A stretch of DNA of 64,000 nucleotides from an uncultured Candidatus Entotheonella sp. (lineage in GTDB: Bacteria > Tectomicrobia > Entotheonellia > Entotheonellales > Entotheonellaceae): NCBI GenBank assembly GCA_965215335.1, contig CBDCDA010000001.1, positions 128,001 to 192,000 on the forward strand. The letters are read 5' to 3'. Every line of letters starts with the position of its first letter. Within the stretch, counting starts at the first letter, position 1. The notes beneath the pieces are model-generated. The model had not been told where the DNA came from and searched no databases. It worked only from the letters and a program-made list of their open reading frames with translations. Of this stretch, positions 1-10,552 are shown in pieces. The position numbers and the translations under genes are program-made.

Positions 1-535
1 TGGGCATGTAAATCTTGTCGGGCAGAGGGACCTTTTCGGTATCGTAATAATGGTTGGATTCATGCAGGTCCAAGGAGCCTTTCTGCAATTCCACCACCCG
101 AATGTATTGTACCTGCGGCGAGCGGCTCAGGTTGTTTTCCTGCACGCAAGCCTCCACGCACTCCCGCACGCCCGTGCAGCGCGACAAATTGAGCGCGAAT
201 CCGAACACCACGCCGGGCGGCGGTGGCGCGTCACCTACCTCGATGTCCACGCCATAGCGCCGTTTTGCCTTGCGTTCGATACGGCCAATCGCTTCCTGAA
301 TCTCCTCCCTGGTCATTTCCTGGTATTGCTTCTGAAAAAAATCCCCGACGCTGTCCGAGAACGCACTGCGGTCATCGGTTGCCGCTCGGGCGCCAACGGC
401 CAAGCCACCGCCAAGCAGCAGGCCCAGTGACCCCAGCCAGCCGCCCCGGCGCAACAGGCTGCGCCGGGACAACAGCCGTTCCTTACGACGCGTACGCGGT
501 TGCGAGCGTGCTTTCCAAAAGCCAGACCATTTCAT
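1..535 (-). CDS. Tat-exported 4Fe-4S dicluster protein (NrfC/DsrO/QrcC-like), partial, runs off the window start
   Basis: Not in the ORF track; translated by hand. ATG at 535 with GGAGG RBS; MKWSGFW...SRRSLLRRGGWLG twin-arginine signal; FALNLSRCTGVRECVEACVQENN Fe-S motif; frame open to position 1. Confidence 0.85.
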   Translation of the reverse strand, partial: MKWSGFWKARSQPRTRRKERLLSRRSLLRRGGWLGSLGLLLGGGLAVGARAATDDRSAFSDSVGDFFQKQYQEMTREEIQEAIGRIERKAKRRYGVDIEVGDAPPPPGVVFGFALNLSRCTGVRECVEACVQENNLSRSPQVQYIRVVELQKGSLDLHESNHYYDTEKVPLPDKIYMP

Positions 536-574
536 GTCGCCTCCCTTGAGAACAGGACGCCGAGTGCTGCCGCC

Positions 575-1237
575 CTAATAATCCTCGTACAACCATTCGC
601 TGTCCGGGCGAATGGGGTGCTTTTCGAGCGGCACGTGCTTGTGGGCTTCCTCGAGACCCTGCCAATAGGCGTCATCTGCGAAGTCCGGTTCCGGGAACGG
701 GTTGTCCGGGTCCGTGTTGTGGCAATACGTGCAGGTCTCGAGTTCCCCGTACTTCATGCCCGCAGCAATGACCTCTGCGCGCGGCCAGTCGTCTTTCGGA
801 TAGCTGTCCTTCACGGGCTGGTAATCGCCTGCCGGTCCGTGGCACGTCTCGCATCCCACGCCCCCCAGTTTTCTCATCTTGCGCATTTTGCCGATGACGT
901 AGCCGCCTCTCTCCCAGCCGGTGACGTGGCACTTCACGCACTTCGGGTCCGCCGTGTAGTCCTTCGCCGGGTCGAGATCGGCCTTCTTTTTGGCCCCCAC
1001 GTCCGTCCCTGCCTCCAGAGACTCCATGGCGTTGGCGTGCTTGGTCTTCTTCCACGACACATATTGTTCCTCGTGGCAATTGTGACAGCGTTTGTTTTCC
1101 AGGTGCCCGAGATATTTGACCTGCTTCTCGGCGGCGCCCGCCGTCTCGACGTCGAGCAAAGACAAGGCCGGCAAGGAGCCGAAAACGGACAACACGGCAA
1201 AGAGAAACAGATTCCGGTACCGTCTGGAACGGTTCAC
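575..1237 (-). CDS. Periplasmic tetraheme cytochrome c (c554-like)
   Basis: Four CxxCH motifs (CHNCH, CVKCH, CETCH, CTYCH), signal peptide, WxxTKHANAM motif; GTG start at 1237 with GAGG upstream. Confidence 0.88.
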   Translation of the reverse strand: MNRSRRYRNLFLFAVLSVFGSLPALSLLDVETAGAAEKQVKYLGHLENKRCHNCHEEQYVSWKKTKHANAMESLEAGTDVGAKKKADLDPAKDYTADPKCVKCHVTGWERGGYVIGKMRKMRKLGGVGCETCHGPAGDYQPVKDSYPKDDWPRAEVIAAGMKYGELETCTYCHNTDPDNPFPEPDFADDAYWQGLEEAHKHVPLEKHPIRPDSEWLYEDY

Positions 1238-1580
1238 GAAGGTATCCTCACCCCGAATATTGGGAAGGCGTTTCCGTACAAGGTGCCAGTGCCCCTTGCA
1301 GCCTCTCCCCAAGGGCAATGCATGCGCGGCAATTCCCCGCTTTGTCAGCATGACTTACGGACATCCAAACACGTCGTTGGCTTCTTGCAGGCAAGGAGGC
1401 ACAGCAGGGTAAAACGATTGGGCTACTCTAGTGAAAATATCCACGCATGGCAAGCAAAAATCAGGTGCTCCATGGCTTGCTGTTTACTTTCCTCTTGGTC
1501 AATAGTAGGTTGCCCCGGCAAACATTCGGGCTGTTCCCCTTGAAGCAGAAACCTCGAGGATTATTCACGGGCACTGACGT

Positions 1581-4500
1581 ATGGCTGACCATCCCCACCC
1601 CACGGTGAATACCGCCGAGTCGAACATCGCAAAATTTCAGAACCTTCTGCGCGAACTGTTCCAGTTCGACTGCGCCGACCTGGATTTCGGCATCTACCGC
1701 ATCATGAACCACAAGCGGGACGCCATCGAGACATTCATCACCGAACAACTGCCGGGCACCGTCGCCACCGAGCTGAACCGTGGCCCCTTGGCCCAAAGAA
1801 TCCAGACCGAGGCCGCGCTGGAACAGGCACGCCAGCGAGTAGAAGCAGCGTTGGGGACGGACGCGATGGACGCAGACGGTCAATTGGCCGATGCCTACCG
1901 GGATACGCCGCTCGGCAGGCGCTACCTGGAGGCCCAGGCCCAAGCCGCCGACGGCAGCCGCAACCGCATCGCCATTGAAGCTGACGTCTACAACCATCTC
2001 TACACCTTTTTCAGCCGCTACTACCAGGACGGCGATTTCATCTCCAAACGCCGCTACGCCCGCAACCCACGGTACGCCATTCCATACAACGGCGAGGAGG
2101 TTCATCTCCACTGGGCCAACCGCGACCAGTACTACGTCAAGACCGCCGAGCACTTCTACAACTACGACTGGAAGACACCGGGCGGCGTGGCGGTGCACTT
2201 CCGGCTCAAGACCGCCGACGTGGAGCAGAACAACGTCAAGGGCGACAGGCGTTTTTTCCTGCCCCGTATCGCTGAAACGGAATGGGAGGTGGCCACTCGC
2301 GCCGTTACCATTCCCTTTGAATACCGTCCCTTGACGTCATCCGAACAGGTCCGTTACGGCAGCCGGAACCAGCAGGAGAGCATCATCACCGCAAGCCGTG
2401 ACGCGATTCCAAAGCAGTTACCCAACGCGCCCGAAGCCTTCGCCGCGCTGACCGGTGAGCGACGGCGCAACGGGAAAAACGAACCCGTCAGCCATCTGGA
2501 ACACCACCTGCGGCAGTACACCCGCCGCAACGATTCCGACTTCTTCATCCATAAGGACCTGTCGGGATTTCTCTCCCGCGAGCTGGATTTCTACCTCAAG
2601 AACGACGTGCTGAACCTGGACGACGTCGCCAATGCCGGGCTGAACATGGCTGAAGGCTGGTTCCAGCAGATGCGCCTGATCAAGGCCGTCGGCAGCCAGA
2701 TCATCGACTTTCTGGCCCAGATCGAAGGCTTTCAGAAAATGCTCTGGGAAAAGCGCAAGTTCGTTACCGAAGCGCAGTACTGCATTGCCCTGGGCAGCAT
2801 TGATCCTTTCTTTTACCCGGACATCGCCGACAACACCGCGCAGTGGGCTGAATGGCGGCAGCTATATGACATTGACGGCAGTGACCGGAGCGCGGCGTTT
2901 CTGCAAGCCCACCCGACCCTGATGGTGGATACGGCGCACTTTGACACCGCTTTTAGCGATCGTCTGCTGGCGTCTTTTGATGATCTGGATGGGCTGACGG
3001 ACGGGCTGCTGGTTCACGGCGAGAACTGGCAGGCGTCGAGTTTGCTGCGCGAACGATACTCGGGGCAAGTGAAGTGTATCCATATCGATCCGCCATACAA
3101 CACCCAAACAAGCAGCTTCCTGTACAAGAACGGTTATCGGCATTCCAGTTGGCTGGCGATGATTCATGATCGCATTGTTGCCGGAGACCCACTGATGAAC
3201 CCGTTCGGAATCCTGTTGTGCCACATTGACGAGAACGAATACGAGAAACTCTACATGATGTTGGAAAGTGTCGGAATTCCCGATGTCGGAACAATAATCT
3301 GGGACAAGAGAAATCCCATGACCGGCGGTGGAGGCATTGCGACGCAGCATGAATACATCATCTGCAGGTCACGGTCAGACGGTGAGATACGCCTTCGAAA
3401 CGTCAACAGTCAGTTGATCTTGAACAGAGCCAGAGAGTTGGTCAGCAGAGATGTCGGGGTGTCAGAACGTACAAGGACAGAGTTTTCGCGTTGGGTATCG
3501 AGCAACGATCGTCTTACCGGAGGCGAAAAGGCATATCGCTACCTGGACGATGCGGGAAGGGTGTATTCCAGCGTCAGCTTGAGAGCTCCTGAACCCAGGA
3601 CCGATCGCAAGTTTTTCGAGCCGCTGCTGCACCCTATGACAGGAAAACCCTGTGCAGTCCCACCGAATGGGTTTTCACGCACTCCCGAAACACTGAAATC
3701 AATGGTCGAGCGAGGAGAAGTCTTATTCGGAGACGATGAAACCACGCAACCCCGACAAAAGCGTTTCCTCATGGAAGAATCGAGACGACAACTTTCATCC
3801 GTGATTCAAGATGCAACAAGAGGCAAAACAGTCCTTGATGCCCAAGGGTTGGAGAATTTTCCCTATAGCCACTCCGTGTCCTTCTACGAGGAGCTGCTGG
3901 GCGCGACGGCAAATGGCTCCGATGACGTGATTCTCGACTACTTCGCCGGCTCCGGCACCACCGGCCACGCCGTCATCAACCTGAACCGCGAGGACGGCGG
4001 CCAGCGCAAGTTCCTCCTCGTCGAGATGGGCGAATACTTCGACACGGTGCTCCTGCCGCGCATCAAGAAGGTAACCTTCTCGCCGGCATGGAAAGACGGC
4101 AAGCCCCGACGTGCCGCCACCGCGGAAGAAGCGGAGCGGTCGCCCCGCATCGTCAAGTACGTCCGTCTGGAATCCTACGAGGACGCGCTGGACAGCCTCG
4201 AGTTTGACGACGCCGGCGGCCAGTTGCGGCTGCAGGAGCGGTTTGACGACTACCTGCTCACGTACATGCCGCACTGGGAAACCAGGGACAGCGCAACCCT
4301 GCTCAACGTGTCAAGGCTGACCCGCCCTTTCACCTACCAGCTGCGCGTTCACGTCAACGGGGACAAGCAGGAGCGGACGGTTGACCTGCCGGAGACGTTC
4401 AACTATCTGCTGGGGCTGAACGTCCGCACACGCCGGACGTATGACGATGGCGGGCGGCGCTATCTGGTCTACCGGGGCGAAACACGGGAACGCCCCGGCC

Positions 4501-4697
4501 ACCCCGTCGCCGTCATCTGGCGGGAAACCGACGACTGGGCGGCGCAAGACTTCAGGCGGGACCGGCAGTTTGTCATGGAGCGACAGATGGCCGAAGACGG
4601 TGATATGGTGTACGTCAACGGCGATTCCTGCATCCCCAGCGCCAAGGCCGTCGAACCGATGTTCAAGACGCGGATGTTTGCCGGTGTGAACGCCTGA
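1581..4697 (+). CDS. mod: Type III R-M methyltransferase subunit (Mod)
   Basis: IDPPYNT catalytic motif, DYFAGSGTTGHAV SAM-binding motif, N-terminal DLDFGIYRIMN; directly upstream of res. Confidence 0.92.
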   Translation: MADHPHPTVNTAESNIAKFQNLLRELFQFDCADLDFGIYRIMNHKRDAIETFITEQLPGTVATELNRGPLAQRIQTEAALEQARQRVEAALGTDAMDADGQLADAYRDTPLGRRYLEAQAQAADGSRNRIAIEADVYNHLYTFFSRYYQDGDFISKRRYARNPRYAIPYNGEEVHLHWANRDQYYVKTAEHFYNYDWKTPGGVAVHFRLKTADVEQNNVKGDRRFFLPRIAETEWEVATRAVTIPFEYRPLTSSEQVRYGSRNQQESIITASRDAIPKQLPNAPEAFAALTGERRRNGKNEPVSHLEHHLRQYTRRNDSDFFIHKDLSGFLSRELDFYLKNDVLNLDDVANAGLNMAEGWFQQMRLIKAVGSQIIDFLAQIEGFQKMLWEKRKFVTEAQYCIALGSIDPFFYPDIADNTAQWAEWRQLYDIDGSDRSAAFLQAHPTLMVDTAHFDTAFSDRLLASFDDLDGLTDGLLVHGENWQASSLLRERYSGQVKCIHIDPPYNTQTSSFLYKNGYRHSSWLAMIHDRIVAGDPLMNPFGILLCHIDENEYEKLYMMLESVGIPDVGTIIWDKRNPMTGGGGIATQHEYIICRSRSDGEIRLRNVNSQLILNRARELVSRDVGVSERTRTEFSRWVSSNDRLTGGEKAYRYLDDAGRVYSSVSLRAPEPRTDRKFFEPLLHPMTGKPCAVPPNGFSRTPETLKSMVERGEVLFGDDETTQPRQKRFLMEESRRQLSSVIQDATRGKTVLDAQGLENFPYSHSVSFYEELLGATANGSDDVILDYFAGSGTTGHAVINLNREDGGQRKFLLVEMGEYFDTVLLPRIKKVTFSPAWKDGKPRRAATAEEAERSPRIVKYVRLESYEDALDSLEFDDAGGQLRLQERFDDYLLTYMPHWETRDSATLLNVSRLTRPFTYQLRVHVNGDKQERTVDLPETFNYLLGLNVRTRRTYDDGGRRYLVYRGETRERPGHPVAVIWRETDDWAAQDFRRDRQFVMERQMAEDGDMVYVNGDSCIPSAKAVEPMFKTRMFAGVNA

Positions 4698-4723
4698 CGG
4701 CCGGAACGACGGAGACCCGAGCG

Positions 4724-7700
4724 ATGCCGCGCCCGCGCCGTTCCAATCAACCCCGCCGGCCCGCCACTCGCGGTTACGCCCGTCTGGCGCAACAGCTCGT
4801 CCTCCTGGATTGGCTGCACCGGCAGCTGGGCTACGACAGCACCGACCAACTCCTGGCGGACATCAAGCAAGCCGACGAGGGTTTCGACCCGCAGGGCCGC
4901 AGCCATATCCATGCCCGGCTAGCGTCGCGGGCGGGGCGGATGCAGGACGTTACGGCGCACGACCTGCAACGTTACGATGACCACATCCGCACGCATCTGG
5001 AAGCGATGAACGCCGGGCGGTCCGAACTCGTCACGTTACGCTATTTCCAATACCTGGCGGCACTGTACACCGACATCTATCTCGACCGCTACTGCAATCG
5101 GCCCGACGCCTTGCTGCGCTCGCTGAACGCCTTCGTCAGGCGGCGCAACGCGAACCGCCGACCCAATGAACAGACCCAGCCGTTCGTTGCCGACGACCTG
5201 TCCAAGCTGGCCTTCTGGATGGCAACGGGCAGCGGCAAGACGCTATTGCTGCACCTGAACTACCGGCAGTTTCTCCACTATAACCGGAAACCGTTGGACA
5301 ACCTCCTGCTGATTACGCCCAACGAAGGATTGAGTCAGCAGCACTTGTACGACCTGCAAGCGTCCAGCATCCCGGTGCAACGCTTCGACCTCAACGAACA
5401 CGGCGGCCTGCTGCGGGAAATGGGGGCGGTGAGCGTGATCGAGATTACCAAGCTGGTCATGGAGAAGCGCGGCGCAGGCGAGAGCGTGCCGGTGGAGGCT
5501 TTTCAGGGCAACAATCTGATATTTGTCGATGAAGGGCACAAAGGCTCCGGCGGCGAAGCGTGGCGCAAGGTGCGCGACGCGCTGGGAGAAACGGGGTTTA
5601 CCTTCGAGTACAGCGCCACCTTTGGACAGGCCTTGGCCGCAGCAAGGGACGACGCCCTGGTCGAGGAGTACGGCAAGGCCATCGCCTTCGACTATTCCTA
5701 TCGCTACTTCTACGGCGACGGCTACGGCAAGGACTTCAGCATCCTCAACCTGCAGCGGGAAACGACGGCGGAACAGACGGACGGGCTGCTGCTGGCAAAC
5801 CTGTTGTCTTTCTACGAACAGCAGTCGGTCTTTACCGAACAGAGAGAAGCCTTGCGGGGTTACAACCTGGACAAGCCGCTTTGGGTATTTGTCGGAAACA
5901 CGGTTTAGCAAAAAGAGAACGCCGGCTACCGCAGCGATGTTCTGACGGTCATACGATTCCTGCATCGTGTGTTGGCAAGCCCGGCATGGGCCATGGAAAC
6001 CATCGGCCGGCTGCTTCAGGGTGAATCGGGGCTGCTCAACCCGCATGGAAGAGATATTTTTGCCGACAAGTTTGGCTACCTGCGCCGCCGCGAATCGGAC
6101 CCGGCAGACGTATACCGGGCTATCCTGCGCACAACGCTGCATGCGCCCGCCAGCGGCGGGCTGCGCCTGTGCGACCTCCGCGGCAGCGACGGCGAGTTGG
6201 GCCTGAAAGCCGGCGGTAGCGAGGATTACTTCGGCGTCATCTACATCGGCGACACGGCGGCGTTCAAAAGACTGGTCGAGACCGACGGTGCCGGCATCGT
6301 CATCGAGGACGATGCCCTGTCTGGTTCCCTGTTCGAACGCATCAACGAACCACATACGACCGTTGACGTACTGGCAGGTTCGCGGAAGTTCATGGAGGGC
6401 TGGAACTCCTGGCGGGTGTCCAATATGGGGTTGCTCAACATCGGCAGGAGCGAAGGCTCGCAGATCATCCAGCTGTTCGGGCGCGGCGTCCGCCTACGGG
6501 GTAGAGAGCTGACGCTGAAACGCAGTTCGGCCCTGAACGACGGCCCGCATCCCGATTCCATCGGGCTGCTGGAAACCCTCGACATCTTCGCGGTGCGGGC
6601 CAACTACATGACCCAATTCCGGGATTACCTGGAAAGCGAGGGCATCGACACGAGCGAGCCGGTGGAACTACCGCTGTTCATCCGGCCCAACCGCGACTTT
6701 CTGGAGCGAGGCCTGCTCATCCCGCGCCCGGGCGACGGGCAGGATTTTCAGGCGGACGAAGTGGTTTTGCTGCAATACGATGCCGGCGTGTCGGAGGTAT
6801 CCGTCACGATGTCCGCGGCCGTCGAGGAGTTGGCCAGTCATGGAAGCGGCATCACCGATGCCAGCGCCAGTTCCGGCAGTGAACAGCAGATACCGGCCGA
6901 GAGCCTTGACCTGGTGGACTGGAACGGGGCCTGTCTGGCCCTGTGGAACCACAAGGAGGCGAGACAACTCAGCAATCTGGTGATCCAGCAGGGCGCCCTG
7001 CGAAGCATCCTGGAAGAGGGGACAGCGTATCAACTGATCGCAGAGGAATCGGTTGTAAAGCCCAGGAGCCAGACGGAACGGGAACGGTTGCAGGAGGCCG
7101 TTGTCAACATCTTGCGAACCTACGCCGATGCGCTCTACCGACACCGACAGGCGCAATGGGAGGCAAACCATCTCGTGTACAAGACCCTGGAGGCGGATGA
7201 CCCCAACTTGCGGTTCAACTTCAACATCGGGGAGGAAGCCGGCAGGTACATTGTCAAGGTGTCGCGGGAACATGCGAATCTGACAGGGGAAATCGAACAA
7301 CTCATCGCCAACTGCGACGCGCTTTATCGCGACGACCGGGGAAAATTGCCCCGCATTCATTTCGACCGGCACCTGTACCAGCCACTCCTCATAGAAAGTC
7401 CCGACGGGAAGATAAAAATGTCGCCAGCCGGCTTACAGGAAAGCGAGCGGAGATTCGTCGCTGACCTGAAAGACTACTGCGCCAGTGAATCAGACGGCGC
7501 GGAACTGTTTCTGCTGAAAAACCAGAGTCGAGGCAAGGGCGTGGGATTTTTCCAGAGCACCGGATTTTACCCCGATTTCATTCTCTGGATACGAACAGGC
7601 GACAGGCAGCGCATCGTGTTCGTGGAACCGCATGGCATGCTGCATGCCACAGCATACCGGCATGATGAGAAAGCACGGTTTCACGAGCATCTGCCCGAGC

Positions 7701-7903
7701 TGGCACGCGAAATATCACGGCGTTCCGGCACCCCGAACGTGCAACTCGATTCCTTCATCGTTTCTGCAACTCCCCATCAGGCATTATACAAGCGGTACGA
7801 TGATGGAACGTGGGACCGGGAGAAGTTCGCGGCAAGGCATATCCTGTTCCCGGAACGCGATGATGCATACGACTACCTGGCCAGGATAATCCAGAACCCG
7901 TGA
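4724..7903 (+). pseudogene. res: Type III restriction subunit (Res, SF2 helicase-nuclease) interrupted by one in-frame TAG at 5906-5908
   Basis: MATGSGKT, FVDEGH, SATF, QLFGRGVR and FYPDF...FVEPHG motifs. ORFs 4724-5908 and 5969-7903 are in the same frame with only the TAG between them. Confidence 0.88.
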
Positions 7904-7941
7904 GGCGGAGGCGGGAGGCTCATTGTGGGACTGTACACCTA

Positions 7942-8784
7942 GGCTCAGGACCTATAAAAGGGTATCATTGATCATGTAGGATTCAAGACCCTAACTTCAT
8001 AAGGAGGTTCATCATGCCCGATCACTGCTTCTGGCTATCCGACGTGCAGTTTGCCCGCCTGAAACCCCTGCTACCCAACAAGGTGCGGGGCGTCCCACGC
8101 GTCGATGACCGAAAGGTCATCAGCGGCATCATCCACGTCATTCGATACGGTCTGATGTGGCGCCACGCGCCCGCCTGCTACGGTCCCCACAAGACGCTCT
8201 ACAACCGCTTCGTGCGCTGGAGCAAGGCCGGTGTCTTCGACCGCATCTTCCAAACCTTGGCCGCCGACAGCACGGCCACCGAGACCGTCATGATCGACAG
8301 CACGCATCTCAAGGCGCATCGCACCGCTGCCAGCCTGCTTGAGGGGGGGCTTTTCCGCGTCATATCGGGCGTACCCGAGGCGGCCTCGACTCGAAACTTC
8401 ACGCCGTCTGCGACGGCGACGGCAAGCCCGTCGTCATGGTGTTGACTGCGGGCCAGGTCAGCGACTATCGCGGGGCGGACATGGCGCTGCCCGCATTGCC
8501 GGAGGCCGACGTGCTGATTGCCGACAAGGGTTATGACAGCAACCGGCTGCGCAAGGCGCTTGCCGAGCGCAAGATCAAGCCCTGTATTCCAGGCCGTGCC
8601 AATCGTAAAGAGCCGATTGTCTACGACACGGAGCTTTACAAGAGCCGTAATCTCATCGAGCGCCTGTTCGGTCGTCTCAAGGATTGGCGTCGCATCGCCA
8701 CGCGCTATGACCGGTGTGCGCACACCTTTTTCAGTGCCATCTGCCTTGCTGCCACGGTCATCTTCTGGATATGAGTCCTGAACC
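7942..8784 (+). mobile_element. IS5 family (IS427 group) insertion sequence
   Basis: Imperfect terminal IRs GGCTCAGGAC / GTCCTGAACC, with TA on both flanks; two-ORF transposase inside. Confidence 0.88.
8014..8774 (+). CDS. IS5/IS427 transposase, orfA (8014-8445) plus orfB in the -1 frame
   Basis: YGPHKTLYNRFVRW, IDST, ADKGYDS and IERLFGRLKDWRRIATRYD motifs; frame switch at the G7 run 8343-8349. Confidence 0.85.
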
Positions 8785-8903
8785 TAATCAAGTCTAATTC
8801 AACCGAGGCACCGGTTCAAATTTCAGATGCATACACAGCCAGTATCTGGGCCAGAATTGGGGCGTGGTCGGTGCACCGAGACGCCTGACGGGTGGAACAC
8901 CCA

Positions 8904-10352
8904 TCACCCCTGCAGGAACGCCCGCACCCGGTCGGTCACCGGCTGCTTGTCGTACAGCGCGTTCAGCAGCAACGCGTTGCGCACCTGGTCGCCCTGGAAG
9001 AAACGCTCATACAGAACCTGGCGAGACGCAAAGGCGCTGCAGCAGGTGTCCCACGCCAGGCGGAACAGGCGGACCCTGTCTTCGGCGGACGCCGTATCCG
9101 TTTCAAGGTAACGATGAATCTCCGGCGCCAACGGGCCGTCGAGGTCGGCCTCGGTCGGCAGCGCCATGAGGCTGCTCGATCCCAGCAGGTGCAGGATCTC
9201 CGCCATCCTCGGATACATGCGCATGAACAGCTGGCGCGCCACCATCAGGGGCGTCCGGGCCGGGCACATGACACCCCATTCGTCGATCTCCGCGTCCACC
9301 TCGGCAGCCCGCAGGCACGCCCTGGTCACCTCCAGGTTCTCGATGAGCTCGGCCAGCATCTGCTGCACCTGCGGCAACTGGCCGGACCCCAGCGTCTGCA
9401 CCATCAGGTTGGCGAGTCCCAGGACGAACTCGCACTTGACGACGTTCTTGGTGACCACCTGGTGCCCCGAGTGGACGTACTGGCCGGTCCGCATGGACAT
9501 GTTGTTGCACAGGTCCACGTCGCCCAGCAGGAACACCCGCTCCCAGGGGACCAGGACGTTGTCGAAGAAGGCGATGGCGTCCATCTCCTCGAAACGCGAG
9601 CCCAGGGGGTGGTCGAATCGTGACCGCTGCAGATCGAGGCTTTCCCGGCAGAGGAATTTCAGACCCGGTGCGTTGCAGGGCAAGGCGAAAGCGAAAGAAG
9701 TCCGTCCCGCCGCGTCACCGGGCAGGCGATGCGAACGAGCCGGATAGACGGCAATCTCGTCTGCCACCGGCAGCGTGGCCAGCACGCGGGCGCCATTGAC
9801 GATGATACCGGCGTCCGTTTCCGCCATCACCGCAAGGGCAGCGTCGGTCGTATCCTCCAGGCCGCTGCCGGAGGGCAGGCGGCTGCGCTGCAAATTGATC
9901 AGGGTGTGCGTGAGCACGAGGTCGTTCTCACGGACGTATTCGTAATAAGCCTGCACGTTGTTTTCAAACTCCGGGCGGTTGCGGGCGAAGTATTCTCCCG
10001 CCGCGGCCATGGCCATGAAGCTCACGTTCAGGAAATCCGGCGTGCGGCCCATCATGCCGCAACTGACGCGCGCCCAGTGCGTCATCATCGTGTTGCGCCG
10101 CTCGAGGTCCTGCCGGCTTTGCGGGGTCATGAACGACAGGCCGACCCGGTCGCCGGTTGACGGCGACACGTACGTCATGGCGTCACGCAAGTCCGGGTCG
10201 TGCTGCAGGTCGTACAGCCGCGCCAGGGTATGCACCCCGTTGCGCAGGCCCGGATGGGCCGTCGGATCCTGCACCCGATCGCCTTGCAGGTAGAGTTCCG
10301 GCGGGTTCTCCCGCAGCCCCGCTACGTATTCGTCACCTGTTCTTGCTGGCAT
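8904..10352 (-). CDS. 4-hydroxyphenylacetate 3-monooxygenase oxygenase-like flavoprotein (HpaB family)
   Basis: MPARTG start, GRTPDF, HPLGSRFEEMD and RQVLYERFF motifs. Confidence 0.88.
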   Translation of the reverse strand: MPARTGDEYVAGLRENPPELYLQGDRVQDPTAHPGLRNGVHTLARLYDLQHDPDLRDAMTYVSPSTGDRVGLSFMTPQSRQDLERRNTMMTHWARVSCGMMGRTPDFLNVSFMAMAAAGEYFARNRPEFENNVQAYYEYVRENDLVLTHTLINLQRSRLPSGSGLEDTTDAALAVMAETDAGIIVNGARVLATLPVADEIAVYPARSHRLPGDAAGRTSFAFALPCNAPGLKFLCRESLDLQRSRFDHPLGSRFEEMDAIAFFDNVLVPWERVFLLGDVDLCNNMSMRTGQYVHSGHQVVTKNVVKCEFVLGLANLMVQTLGSGQLPQVQQMLAELIENLEVTRACLRAAEVDAEIDEWGVMCPARTPLMVARQLFMRMYPRMAEILHLLGSSSLMALPTEADLDGPLAPEIHRYLETDTASAEDRVRLFRLAWDTCCSAFASRQVLYERFFQGDQVRNALLLNALYDKQPVTDRVRAFLQG

Positions 10353-10552
10353 GTTCGGACCCTCCCGTTCGTGTCGTCGGCTTGCCGATGCGCCCCGCGT
10401 CGAACCATTCCAATATACCACCTGTCGAGGCGACCGGGTGGCTTTCGTCAACCTCCCTTGCAGCAGGCCCGCCGCTGGCATACCCTGCGCCAACCCTGCT
10501 ATGATGACGCCCGCCTCCGGTATTGCCGCAACGATCCCGTGGAGACGTGAGC

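Noticed and set aside
1581..4697. Phase-variable mod gene
   Set aside because: No simple sequence repeat tract was seen in the ORF or its upstream region.
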